A stretch of DNA of 58,774 bases, the filler included, from Asterionella formosa (lineage: Eukaryota), in assembly GCA_002256025.1 (NCBI GenBank). It is 4 parts of 4 records of this genome, joined end to end, with 100 filler letters (N's around TTAATTAATTAA, not from the genome) between each part and the next. Parts side by side here need not be neighbours in the genome. Positions count along the whole stretch, not along the records: positions 14,727 to 29,351 come from NKIB01005883.1; positions 29,452 to 44,073 come from NKIB01005886.1; 2 more parts are not named here. The stretch is one strand, 5' to 3'. The notes beneath the pieces are model-generated. The model saw only the letters and a list, made by a program, of their open reading frames with translations. It had not been told where the DNA came from and searched no databases. Of the stretch, positions 24,372 to 34,184 are shown piece by piece (the stretch's first letter is position 1; every line of letters starts with the position of its first letter). A program made the translations under genes and the position numbers.

Positions 24372-26057
24372 TCAGGAGTTCTTCCCACAAAGACGAAAGT
24401 CGACGCAAACTCTCAGTTGTCGTCGGGCTACGCTGCCCGCATTAGCAACATGAATGACTTGATGTGACAGCTTCTGCCGTTTGCACGCATCCTCAATAGT
24501 TCGTTTCGTTCGTTCGCAAGCTGGAAACTCAATGTCGGAAGCAAAGTCATACCAATGACATTCAGAACCACTTTCTTTCATTATAGGCAACAAAAAATCC
24601 AGGAAACTTGCTCCGAAGTCACCATTACCCAAGTCTCCGTCCAGCTTGCCTTCCTTAGGCCTCGGTGCCAGCACTCTATCATAATGATTTCGAGTCAAAG
24701 TCGGTAGAATATCTAGTACATCGCCCTCCAAAAATTGCAATCGGGCTGCAGCACCAAAAGTCTTGACCGCTTTATTACGCTCCAGCATACGATGAGCAAG
24801 TTGAGAACACTTGATCCCGACTGGATTCAGTTCAATGGCCAAGACGGAACTTGCTTCTGTGCGCCCGGCTAATTGTACTGCTTCCATACCAACTCCTGAA
24901 AAAAGCACCAGCACATTCTCACCACGAGCCACTTGCTGACAAATGCGAAGCCGTTCTTGGGCCATGCGAGGGCTGAAAAAGCAATGATTGAGGTCGACGA
25001 CGCATTTGATCCCAAATTCTGTGTGAGTCGTAATCAAGGGGTAACGTTGAGCCCCAGCAATAATTTCTAAATTTCCCGGAGAGCGTTCGGTCCCATTCAA
25101 CGAGTTTGATCTCAAGGCCACCACTTTGAGTGATTTGTTCTTCTTCATAATTGCTTCGCCCATCCTTAATTTGTCTTCATAAGTGGAAGTATTGCATGGT
25201 AGACTGTGAATGACAGCTATGTCACCAACAACGTCGAAACTGGTCGGGCGATCCCTAGATTCAGTGATTTTATCATTGATGTCTTCGTCATCGTTGCTGT
25301 CGTCCATTTGATCCACCACGTCTACAGCTATGGCTCTAACACCTTGTACAAATCTTTGAATCTTCGCCCAGTTTCGCTCATGTCGTTCATTGACCATTTG
25401 TTGTAGCCATTCCACGTGATTTGCAAAGAGTGCTGTGCCATCAGGTGTGCAAAGCGGCATATCCAATCCCTCGTCCCCCCAAATAGCAACAATGTACTTA
25501 CCACCATCCTCTTTCCATGTCGTGAGTCCGACATTCTTAAAGGAAGGGCGAGCAGCCGCCATTAACGCCGAAGCGGCCGTGAGAGACCGACAGCACACAT
25601 GTAGAATAAATGGTTCGAACCTGAGCCAAATGGCCTCGTCGCCGTGCGGTGTCGCGTTATCCGTATGATCTACCCAAGTTGGATCTTGCTTGAGCAGTTG
25701 TTCGGCATGGTCAAATTGTCCAATGGTCCGAATCGGATCTCCTCCCCCCGTTGGATCTTGCGAGAGTGTTGACAAATCAAAGTACCTGCCGGCTTCCTTC
25801 AAAAGGTCATGCGATATTCTCCATCTTCGAAACGAATTTTCTTGTCCTTCTAGAAACGTGCTGCTCTTGATGCCATGGCCTTGGTACAAAAAACAACGTC
25901 CAGAACAACTGGACAGCGTGTAGAACTCTTCTCGTTCATTAATCACGGAGCATATTTCTACGGCTTTGACGTCGATCCGACCAGCAAAGGATTTGTCCCG
26001 TTTCCCCAGGCATTGCGCCTTCCCATTGTCAAACGTCTTGCGCCGCGTCGTCGACAT
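24372..26057 (-). CDS. TYW3: tRNA wybutosine-pathway fusion: TYW3 methyltransferase plus Met-10-like (TYW2/Trm5) SAM-dependent domain
   Basis: N-terminal FYTLSSCSGR and RFEPFILHV (TYW3). C-terminal FDVVGDIAV, HTEFG..VDL..FFSPR..ER and GENVLVLFSGVG (Met-10 family). Confidence 0.85.
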   Translation of the reverse strand: MSTTRRKTFDNGKAQCLGKRDKSFAGRIDVKAVEICSVINEREEFYTLSSCSGRCFLYQGHGIKSSTFLEGQENSFRRWRISHDLLKEAGRYFDLSTLSQDPTGGGDPIRTIGQFDHAEQLLKQDPTWVDHTDNATPHGDEAIWLRFEPFILHVCCRSLTAASALMAAARPSFKNVGLTTWKEDGGKYIVAIWGDEGLDMPLCTPDGTALFANHVEWLQQMVNERHERNWAKIQRFVQGVRAIAVDVVDQMDDSNDDEDINDKITESRDRPTSFDVVGDIAVIHSLPCNTSTYEDKLRMGEAIMKKNKSLKVVALRSNSLNGTERSPGNLEIIAGAQRYPLITTHTEFGIKCVVDLNHCFFSPRMAQERLRICQQVARGENVLVLFSGVGMEAVQLAGRTEASSVLAIELNPVGIKCSQLAHRMLERNKAVKTFGAAARLQFLEGDVLDILPTLTRNHYDRVLAPRPKEGKLDGDLGNGDFGASFLDFLLPIMKESGSECHWYDFASDIEFPACERTKRTIEDACKRQKLSHQVIHVANAGSVARRQLRVCVDFRLCGKNS

Positions 26058-26515
26058 GGTCCAAAGAGTGTGACAGAGTTGAGTCCTTTCGTTAGTACGT
26101 TTGCCGTGGCTGCGTCGTCCGAAAAAATGTGAACAAATTGAAAATTGAAAATTTGTGGATTTATCAGCAGGTAATGAGTATGAAGTTACCGTTATATAAA
26201 AACGCTTACGACCGCGCGCGAACAGGAGCTCGTCATCGACGTTTTGTCAACAAACGGTGAGCGAGAACTCGTCGCACAATTCTCAGATACGCTATTACTA
26301 GCTAACAAGTTTTGTGCGTTACTTACTACCGTATATATCTTGGTGTGGGATTACAATGGCGTGTCAATCACAATCATCAGTGTTAGTGAATGTACATTGC
26401 ATCTGTATTCCTGTAATGCTGTAATATAATCGAGTGAATGGATGCGCGATTGCCTAGTCTCGTCACGTCTCGGACATCAAAATAGGAAGATTCGTTGCAC
26501 CGACAAGCGAATCGA

Positions 26516-27685
26516 ATGCTTGACGCGGTCGTCATTGGCTGTGGCGGCGTTGGAAGCTTTGCCTTGCGCGCAGCAAGTCAACGAGTTACCGCAGTACTTG
26601 GTGTGGAGCAATATGCACACACTCACAATCGAGGGTCGTCTCACGGCGGATCGCGCATCTATCGCAAGGCATACTTTGAACATTCCAATTACGTCCCGTG
26701 GATACAATATTCAGAACGTGTCTTTAAGGAACTGGGGGGAGCAGACAACGACTTGTTGGACAACTGCGGAACGCTCATCATGGAAGAGCGAAATGGCCCA
26801 GTCATTCGTTCATGTCTCAAGTCGGCACGAGACCATGGAATTGACGTAGAGGTATTGCCGAACGAAACGTTGCGCGAGCGATATCCGCAATTCAAATTGT
26901 ATTCCAATGATACCATGGGACTGTTGGAGCCCGGCGGTGGGTTCGTCAGGCCAGAACGAGCCATGCGAGCTGCCCTGGAGGAAGCCAAAAGGAATGGCGC
27001 CACAATTTGGGAAAACACCACTGTCAAGGCATTGAACGAATGTGATTCTCACGTAGAGTTAGTGCTTGATAGACAGGGTGACGAGGAACTTGTACAATCA
27101 AAGTCAGTCATTGTAACGGCAGGTGCTTGGACCTCCACATTAATACCGAGCTGGAAGCCTCATTTGAAAGTTACGCGACAATTGCAAGGCTGGATAAGCG
27201 TTTCTTCGACACCAAATCCGTCGCTCTATCAACCTGTAAATATGCCCACATGGTATATGTCGACTCCAGCGAGCAGCTTGCCCTTGTACGGTATCCCGGC
27301 AGATCCGAAAAGCGACAATCCGCATTGGATGAAACTTGGACTTCACTTGAGACCAGAAATTCTGTTGGATCCCAGGCAAAATCCATCCACCTTGACGGGC
27401 GAAGAATTGGTCGAATTAGACCATGCATCTTCAACAGCACTTCATTCGACTCTTACCTTTGCCTCCGTCGTGCCATGTCTTTACACCATGACTCCAGATC
27501 ATCATTTTTTGCTGGGACGTGCAAGTCAACGCATAATTTGTGCTGCGGGATTGTCTGGCCATGGATTCAAAATGACACCAGCTCTGGGGCAAATGTTGGT
27601 GGATATGGTATTTTTGGGTAATGAGGCGGAGCAAAAATGGAAGGTTGATTTTTGTTCTCCTGGTCGCTTCTTGGTGAAAGGGTGA
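26516..27685 (+). CDS. Monomeric sarcosine oxidase / N-methyltryptophan oxidase-like flavoprotein
   Basis: VIGCGGVG, GSSHGGSRIYR, CLYTMTPD (covalent-FAD Cys) and GLSGHGFK motifs; intronless. Confidence 0.92.
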   Translation: MLDAVVIGCGGVGSFALRAASQRVTAVLGVEQYAHTHNRGSSHGGSRIYRKAYFEHSNYVPWIQYSERVFKELGGADNDLLDNCGTLIMEERNGPVIRSCLKSARDHGIDVEVLPNETLRERYPQFKLYSNDTMGLLEPGGGFVRPERAMRAALEEAKRNGATIWENTTVKALNECDSHVELVLDRQGDEELVQSKSVIVTAGAWTSTLIPSWKPHLKVTRQLQGWISVSSTPNPSLYQPVNMPTWYMSTPASSLPLYGIPADPKSDNPHWMKLGLHLRPEILLDPRQNPSTLTGEELVELDHASSTALHSTLTFASVVPCLYTMTPDHHFLLGRASQRIICAAGLSGHGFKMTPALGQMLVDMVFLGNEAEQKWKVDFCSPGRFLVKG

Positions 27686-27922
27686 TAGACTAGAAATACA
27701 TGTGGTTGCCATAAAATTGATGGCTACTACTGCACAGTTGAAAACTGGTGCGCTCAAATCGTTGACGAGAGCCACTTTTTGATTGTGCGAATGTTCCGAT
27801 TATACAGCATTACAGGAATGTCTATTATTCAAGGTTTCGATAATTATGAGGGCATACGCAGTAGCATTGGCTTACTTTAAGCGTCAGTGGTATTGGTACC
27901 AAAAACACCCATTCCTACACCG

Positions 27923-28582
27923 CTAAGCCAACAAAATATCCAACTCCTTCTTGACAGCGTCATAGGGCTCATTGCTGGAGCGGATGTATTTGAAGGGTTC
28001 GCCTTTTTGATTGATCAAGAACAAATCAAAGTTCCAGCTCACATTTGCAACGCCAAGTTGACTCTTGACAAACTTGTATACGTCTCTGGCATTGTCGCCA
28101 TTCACATTTGCTTTTTCGAAGAACTGAAATCGTTCGTTGACACCGTTGTATGTTTTGCCAACATACTCACAAATATCTTCATGTGTCCCCTGAATATAAA
28201 TGTGACAAAAAGCATATATAAACAAATAAATTTTTTGCTGTGAGTTGAAATTCAAAAATGGAGTACTGGTAACAGTTTTGTGACAACCAAATAAATAATA
28301 TACCGGTAATCACATGACAAGCAAAAGAGTGTTGGGAACAAACATACGGTAGTTATAATACTCAACTGGTTCTTGACCACCAAATTGGTTTCAAGGGAAG
28401 GCCAAAACTTTGAGCATTGGGTACTCATCCATAAGTTTCGGAATTTGAGTGTAATTAGACTTGGTTCGACCACATTCAGAAGCAACGTTGACTAGCAGCA
28501 CAATCTTTCCTTCGAATGATGACATGGGGACGGACTTGCCGTCCATATCCTTGTCGGAAAGCTCATAAAAGGTTGAAGTCAT
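27923..28582 (-). CDS. GPX: Glutathione peroxidase family protein with an in-frame TGA; exons 28582-28367 and 28189-27923
   Basis: NVASECG, LAFP*NQFGGQEP|G, VNG and WNF motifs. A phase-0 GT...CAG intron at 28366-28190 gives a 160-codon product if TGA 28393-28391 is read through. May be a pseudogene. Confidence 0.85.
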
Positions 28583-29351
28583 GTTTGCGAGTGACTATTG
28601 ATGGCTATATAGTGTATCCTTGTAACGGTATACAATATATATATATTCGAGAGGAAACTATGATTTGACAATGCATCTGTCAAGGAGAGATTATCTTTGT
28701 TCACACGACAGCATCAGCAACATTTTTGCTTATATTAGACTACTTGGTACTTACAGTACAAGAGGATCCACGATCACAGTTGTCCTCGTCGCATCGTCAA
28801 GGCATGGCTCACAAGATATCGGTTCATATTTGTTCTGTGTACATCTACCGGTAGGTATACCGGTATACCGGTGTTTATCTACTGGTATCTATCTTCATCG
28901 TCTGACTGCCTACCGGTAGGTGGATCGACACTGCACGTGTCAAAATCAGAAGGGTATGCTTGGAAAAAAGAAGAGTGACTATAAGTACCTGGTAGGATAT
29001 ATGAAAAAGCGAAACTACGGCATAAAATTGACTAGAAATTTTTATTGCAACCGATCATCTGTAGCTGCCATTATTCATATCTACCTGTATGTGTATTTTG
29101 TCTATTTATCCACCATGCAAACTTTAGTAAGTACCGGTATGTAAGTACACGTATACGAATATGTGTCGACATGAAAACTTGAACAAAATACCGGTAATTG
29201 GATAAAATATTCTACGTAAAGCTTTATAATTCCGGTGGTTGACCATGGCCCCAGAAGCGGAAAGCAAGATCCGCCACCGCCGCGGCGAGCATCCGGCTTC
29301 CAGCAAGCCGAAAATTTCGGAAGAGCGAGTGATTTCAAGCGTCGAAGGCCT

Positions 29352-29451
29352 NNNNNNNNNNNNNNNNNNNNNNNNNNNNNNNNNNNNNNNNNNNNTTAAT
29401 TAATTAANNNNNNNNNNNNNNNNNNNNNNNNNNNNNNNNNNNNNNNNNNNN
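29352..29451. other. Artificial contig-joining spacer
   Basis: 44 N + TTAATTAATTAA + 44 N. Confidence 0.97.
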
Positions 29452-29566
29452 AGAGCAAGCCATTTTGAGTATGAGCAAGCAAGTCTTGAAATATTCCGGG
29501 AAATTCTTTATAGTCATTCATGTCTAAACATCTTTTTATATAATGCACTGTTATTTATAACTGTAA

Positions 29567-29658
29567 AAAATTTGTGTTTGTGTTGACCAAATTTGGTAAT
29601 CCTGGTAAGCAGCCCCTTACCAGGATTACCAAATTTGGTCAACACAAACACAAATTTT
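29567..29658. repeat. Perfect 43-bp inverted repeat with a 6-nt loop
   Basis: 29567-29609 is the exact reverse complement of 29616-29658. Confidence 0.95.
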
Positions 29659-29757
29659 GGGGTTATGGGTACAACGATTTGTGTTATAATACAAATGATA
29701 TAATAATTTTTTATTATCAGAGCGCGCCCACTATATACCGGTATTCATTCCATCATC

Positions 29758-30803
29758 ATGGCGGCCACTGCCTCGTCGCGCCTTGCCACGCTGAAACACA
29801 TGGCAGTTGCCATTGTTGTGCCTACTGTTCCGGTAATGGCTTGGTGGAAATGGGCGTCAGATGATCGGCATCAACGCCTAGAAAGTGTTCGCACCAAGGT
29901 TCGTGTCCCAAACGTCCAGACTGTGGACGACTTGTTGATTGAGACCTGCAAGGCCGGCGATGTTATTCTCTTTGATCGGCGACCGCACAAGTGCGCGACG
30001 GGGCCTGGAGCAGCACTAGCATGCATTTTGTCAAAACTTATCTTGTGTCCGGACGATCCGAACCGAGTGGTGGAAATTGGAACATTTGACCATGTTGGTG
30101 AGTGTTGTAAATATTCAGTGAAGTTTTGTAGCATTATTCTAACTTCGAGAAATGTTCTGCTACAAGTGTCTATTGAATAGACTGGGCCACTTTATATCTT
30201 TATTGATGGATTCTTTCTCTCACAAATGTAATCATCGTAGGCTTGATTGTTCCTGGCTTTGTCAAAAACGCAAGTGATGCCCTTGATCCAGGCAATCTTT
30301 TGATACTTGAAGCAACCCCTGGAGAAGGCATTGTCGCTCGACCTCTCTTGACTAGATTGGAAATGACAGCTTCTAGAACCGTTATTTTGCTTCCCCTTCA
30401 CGTTCCTGGTGATCACCGAAACGATCAAGACTACGAGCCTTCCGTGAATACAAGAAGGATGAAGGCCTATCTCGACAACCAACTTGCCACCTACCGAGAC
30501 AATTGGTTGGAAATTTCGGACGCCCAAAATTATCGACGATCTCATTCGATTATTTCCATCTTCGGTGCCTTAGGGTTCATGTTGGGTCTCCACAAGACTT
30601 CCAAGCTTCCCGTCTCGCCAGCTGCATGGATTGTCTTGCAAGGGTTGCAAGCAGGGGGAGCGGCAGAACACCATAGTGAACGAACGGCCATGGAAACTAA
30701 ACCGGAGGATTTTCTGCGAGATCATCGGTTCCGGGATGATGATTGCGTTCGACTAAGGCCAGGGTGGAAGTTTTTGCCACCAGTGACGATGAGATCGAAC
30801 TGA
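29758..30803 (+). CDS. Two-exon protein resembling the permuted papain-like (NlpC/P60, YaeF/YiiX-type) fold; exons 29758-30097, 30241-30803
   Basis: A GTGAGT...TAG intron joins FDHV-G-LIV. GDVILF, HVG, LEAT and a late PEDF segment follow the permuted papain-like order. N-terminal hydrophobic helix. The gene is solid; the family call is tentative. Confidence 0.65.
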
Positions 30804-30923
30804 AGGTGATCCTTTTGCTACAACTCCCATAAATTCCCCTTGCTAACATAGTATTTTAAAGATAGAGATGCTTAGTTGCTGCAGTCCTACTGGCCAGGAT
30901 GGACTTCCTAATAAGTGCAACAC

Positions 30924-31781
30924 TCATACAGTAGCAGCGAATCGGTGTTTTCGAAGTTGTCTCTTCAGCTCGTCAAGATCCTCCTTTTTGCCAGTGCCAA
31001 ACTTTTCTGCTCGAGCGATTCGCCGTTCAATCTCACCCTTGGGCAAGAGCTTTTCTTCGACCACAGTTTTGGAAGCAGTCTTTTGTTTCTTATCAACCCC
31101 TTTTGGCTCGCTGTCGGTTCCTCCATCAGACTTGCGCTTCTTGTTGTCGGCCTGTCCGTTGGGTTCTAGAATTGAACTGGGCTTCTTCTTGAGCGTTGTA
31201 TTCTTATTTGGTACTTCCTTTTTGTCCATGTTAGTATTCTTTTTATCTGGAACGACGACGTCAATGCCAAATCGTGCCGCACGATTTTTCTTTTTGTCCA
31301 TAAAGGATTCGGGAGCCTTGGCAGCAGTAGGCGCGTCCTTCTTGACACCCTTGCTGACAATCTCGGTCTGAGAATCTGGTTTGATTTCTTTCGTAAAAAC
31401 AACTGGCTTCACTTCCTCCTCGGAGTCTTCACCTTGGATGTGTTCAGTCCTAGTCTCCTCCTTCTTGTCCTCCTGGACTGGAAGAGGAACGATGTCAACT
31501 GGAGCATCCACCATTCCAAATTCTTCCTCGTCCAACCGAGCCTGCAAACGATTCACCAAATCAGCCTTTAGTCCTTCAACTGAAAGCCCACGCTTCGTTA
31601 GCGCATCCCGAAGTTCCGAGACTAATGGAAACAGACGTAGATTCGCAACATGTTAGTATGGCATCAATTCAGTGATCGTTTACGACAGCTCGTGGGCTCG
31701 AACGGGACCACATGCAAAGTAAGTGTACATTCACAGCAATAACACACCCTTCATTTTCTTTACGTTCGTTTCTTCTGCCAT
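30924..31781 (-). CDS. SAP-domain ribonucleoprotein (Tho1/SARNP/MOS11-like); exons 31781-31748, 31621-30924
   Basis: The spliced N-terminus VKKMKVSELRDALTKRGLSVEGLKADLVNRLQ is a SAP domain. C-terminal RAARFG and RAEKFG motifs. Confidence 0.88.
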
Positions 31782-32294
31782 ATTGAGCGATTGAGGTGCT
31801 GTATGCAATGCGACGCTACAGTACACTTGGGATATGCAATGTAACAACAAATCATGTACGGTAAGAGCTTGCGACCAAGATACCTGTTACCGGCATGCAA
31901 CAGAGGCATATATTATGCAAAGTATCTGCCTAATGTACATACCGGTACCTGTTCGGTAAATCCCAGGAACCTGGTACCAGGTACCGCGAAACACGCAGCA
32001 GCCATCATTTGGCTTGCTTTTACTGCGGCGATATATTGTATGTCAAGTGCCAGGTACCAGGGTACCTGGTACCTGGTACCAGCAAGTGGCGGTAGTTTTG
32101 CTTGAACTAACAATTTAATATGGGATAAAGATAGCTAAACTTTTAGTTTCAGCAAAATTACCGCAACTTGCAGTACAATGCAATCAGCATCGATCATCAT
32201 GGTGCGCACAAAAAGTGCTACCTGTGGTACCAGGGAGGTATGTAAATTTGCACACACCGTACAGTGAGTACCTGGTACCGGTAGACTCAATGTA

Positions 32295-32652
32295 TGTCAA
32301 GAATATACCCGGACATACCGGTAGCACCTAGTTTAAATGAACCTTGTATACCGGTACTACCTGGCAGCTATAACGAGTCACGAGGACTGTGGACTCCACA
32401 ATCCAATGAATCAAATAGTGCGTTTCCGTGTCAAGTAGCTTGCTAGCAAGATTGATGTTTCAGATCAATCAGAAGAAGGTCTGTATCAACGAAAAGGAAC
32501 GCAGAGAACAGGCTCTCAAAGTGTGATGAATGCTTTTGAAATTAGGTTATAGTTTAAGCTTACAATTAAGAAACAGTCATGAGAATTGACAGAGTAAGAT
32601 TAATAGCGAAAAACTAGCATGAAGGCTATCAGCAAAAGATAGCAGTACTAGT
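32295..32652 (+). mobile_element. Old, 3'-truncated LTR of Copia family A (solo-LTR-like relic)
   Basis: Begins TGTCAAGAATATA and aligns by eye to LTR 179-490 (e.g. AGATCAATCAGAAGAAGGT, GAGAATTGACAGAGTAAG), with many substitutions and a ~50-bp insertion. Confidence 0.88.
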
Positions 32653-33308
32653 ACAAACTAATAGTCTAAAATCTAAATATCATCCTCTTTGTTGCTACTT
32701 GCTAGCTTCTTCTACCAATGCTGACCTTCATCACTCACTTATTCTTCTCCTGTTTAAAGATTGCCATAATACTTGCTGCTTTTGCATTTGGGTTATTTAT
32801 TTTGTCAACAAAAACCATAACCTGTTCTTCTTTGGTAACTTGGCCATAAAAGTGAGCTAGCTAATTCAGACATTGAGTTGAGCTTATACCAGATTTGAGC
32901 CAGTTTTTTCATATATATAGATTAGTATTGAATGAAAAATAAATGGCGGAAGTAGCTACATGGAAGCTACAGATTCATTTGCTGAATAAGTCATGGTCCT
33001 GAACTAGATGTTCAGATTTTTTCTAGTCTTGAGAATTTTTATTAATTGATGATATTGTAGTGTTGACACATCCTTTGCATTGCTAGAATTTGGTAAAAAT
33101 TGAGACATTACAATATCTGATTGGGTACACCAAAGTAATTCCGGCCAAGTGGATCATCAGTGACATAGGAGTACCAGGTTTTGATAATGGTAATCAAATT
33201 TTGTTTTACCAGCCCTGTACAAGTTAAGGAGTCCGAGACGAGGTACTGTACCAGTTCTCTCCAAGCAAGTCAGATACTAGATAGAAAATGATTTGATTTC
33301 GTCGCTAT

Positions 33309-33701
33309 TTAGAACAAGGTTCTTACACCACCATTCATGAAAGGAACGTAGGCGTCTCCATGAAGTTGCATTCGTAGTAGTTCCTGACTAATAATTACCA
33401 ACACAACAAAGAAGCTTCCAGCAAACAGGGTCTCTGCTGTCTCGTAGTCATTCTCAACTAAATTGGCAAACCTACTGAGCGGACTGTCTTCGCCTATTTC
33501 TGAAGGATCGAAAAATGGAGTGTCCAGAAACTTGTCAAGTCGGCTTTCGTCGTCGTCATTCTGGTTGACACCACGAGGTCGGACAAGTGATGGTGGTCTC
33601 AAACGACTTCGCCTTTCTAAAAAGGCGTCATTAACGTTGTTGGCTATCGAACAAATGATAATCAGGAATGTCAACATAACATTTGCTTTGCATAGCTTCA
33701 T
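33309..33701 (-). CDS. Small hypothetical protein, probably plastid-targeted, with one transmembrane helix
   Basis: 130-aa ORF with a signal peptide ending NDA-F, an Arg/Ser-rich transit-like segment and a C-terminal hydrophobic helix. Confidence 0.7.
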   Translation of the reverse strand: MKLCKANVMLTFLIIICSIANNVNDAFLERRSRLRPPSLVRPRGVNQNDDDESRLDKFLDTPFFDPSEIGEDSPLSRFANLVENDYETAETLFAGSFFVVLVIISQELLRMQLHGDAYVPFMNGGVRTLF

Positions 33702-34184
33702 TGCAAGGAACCGGGGAGAGTACGTGACTTTTGAGAAGGAACAAAAAGAAATTCCCGGTACATGAATTCATTCGTTTAAGTAAATTATCATTTTGTCGCG
33801 AGAAAAAACTTAGCTGGTAACTATGTATACAATATATACTGTATTCGGATGGAATATTTCCTTACTCAGAGCTCGTATCCAGTGAATATGGAATGCTTTT
33901 ATCCATACATGATATAAAGAAACCGGGGGTACATACACTATCGCATGTGCACAGGCATGTTGTCGACATTAGCCTTTTGTTGAGATATCTCCATAAAAGT
34001 AGCGTCAAAAGTGAAAAAAAGCCATAATAGCATGCAAACAAAACTAAAATTCAAATTCAACAGCTATGTTGTCGAGCTTCATGACTTAACGCGTTCCTTC
34101 AAATCTTGCATGACAGTAACATGATGGAATCTCTAGCACACAGAATATAGGCCTGGTACCGTCGTATAGATCTTGCTGTCGCTG

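Noticed and set aside
27690..27922. SECIS element for the GPx UGA
   Set aside because: Small hairpins exist, but no RUGA core with an AA loop and opposing GA was found by eye.
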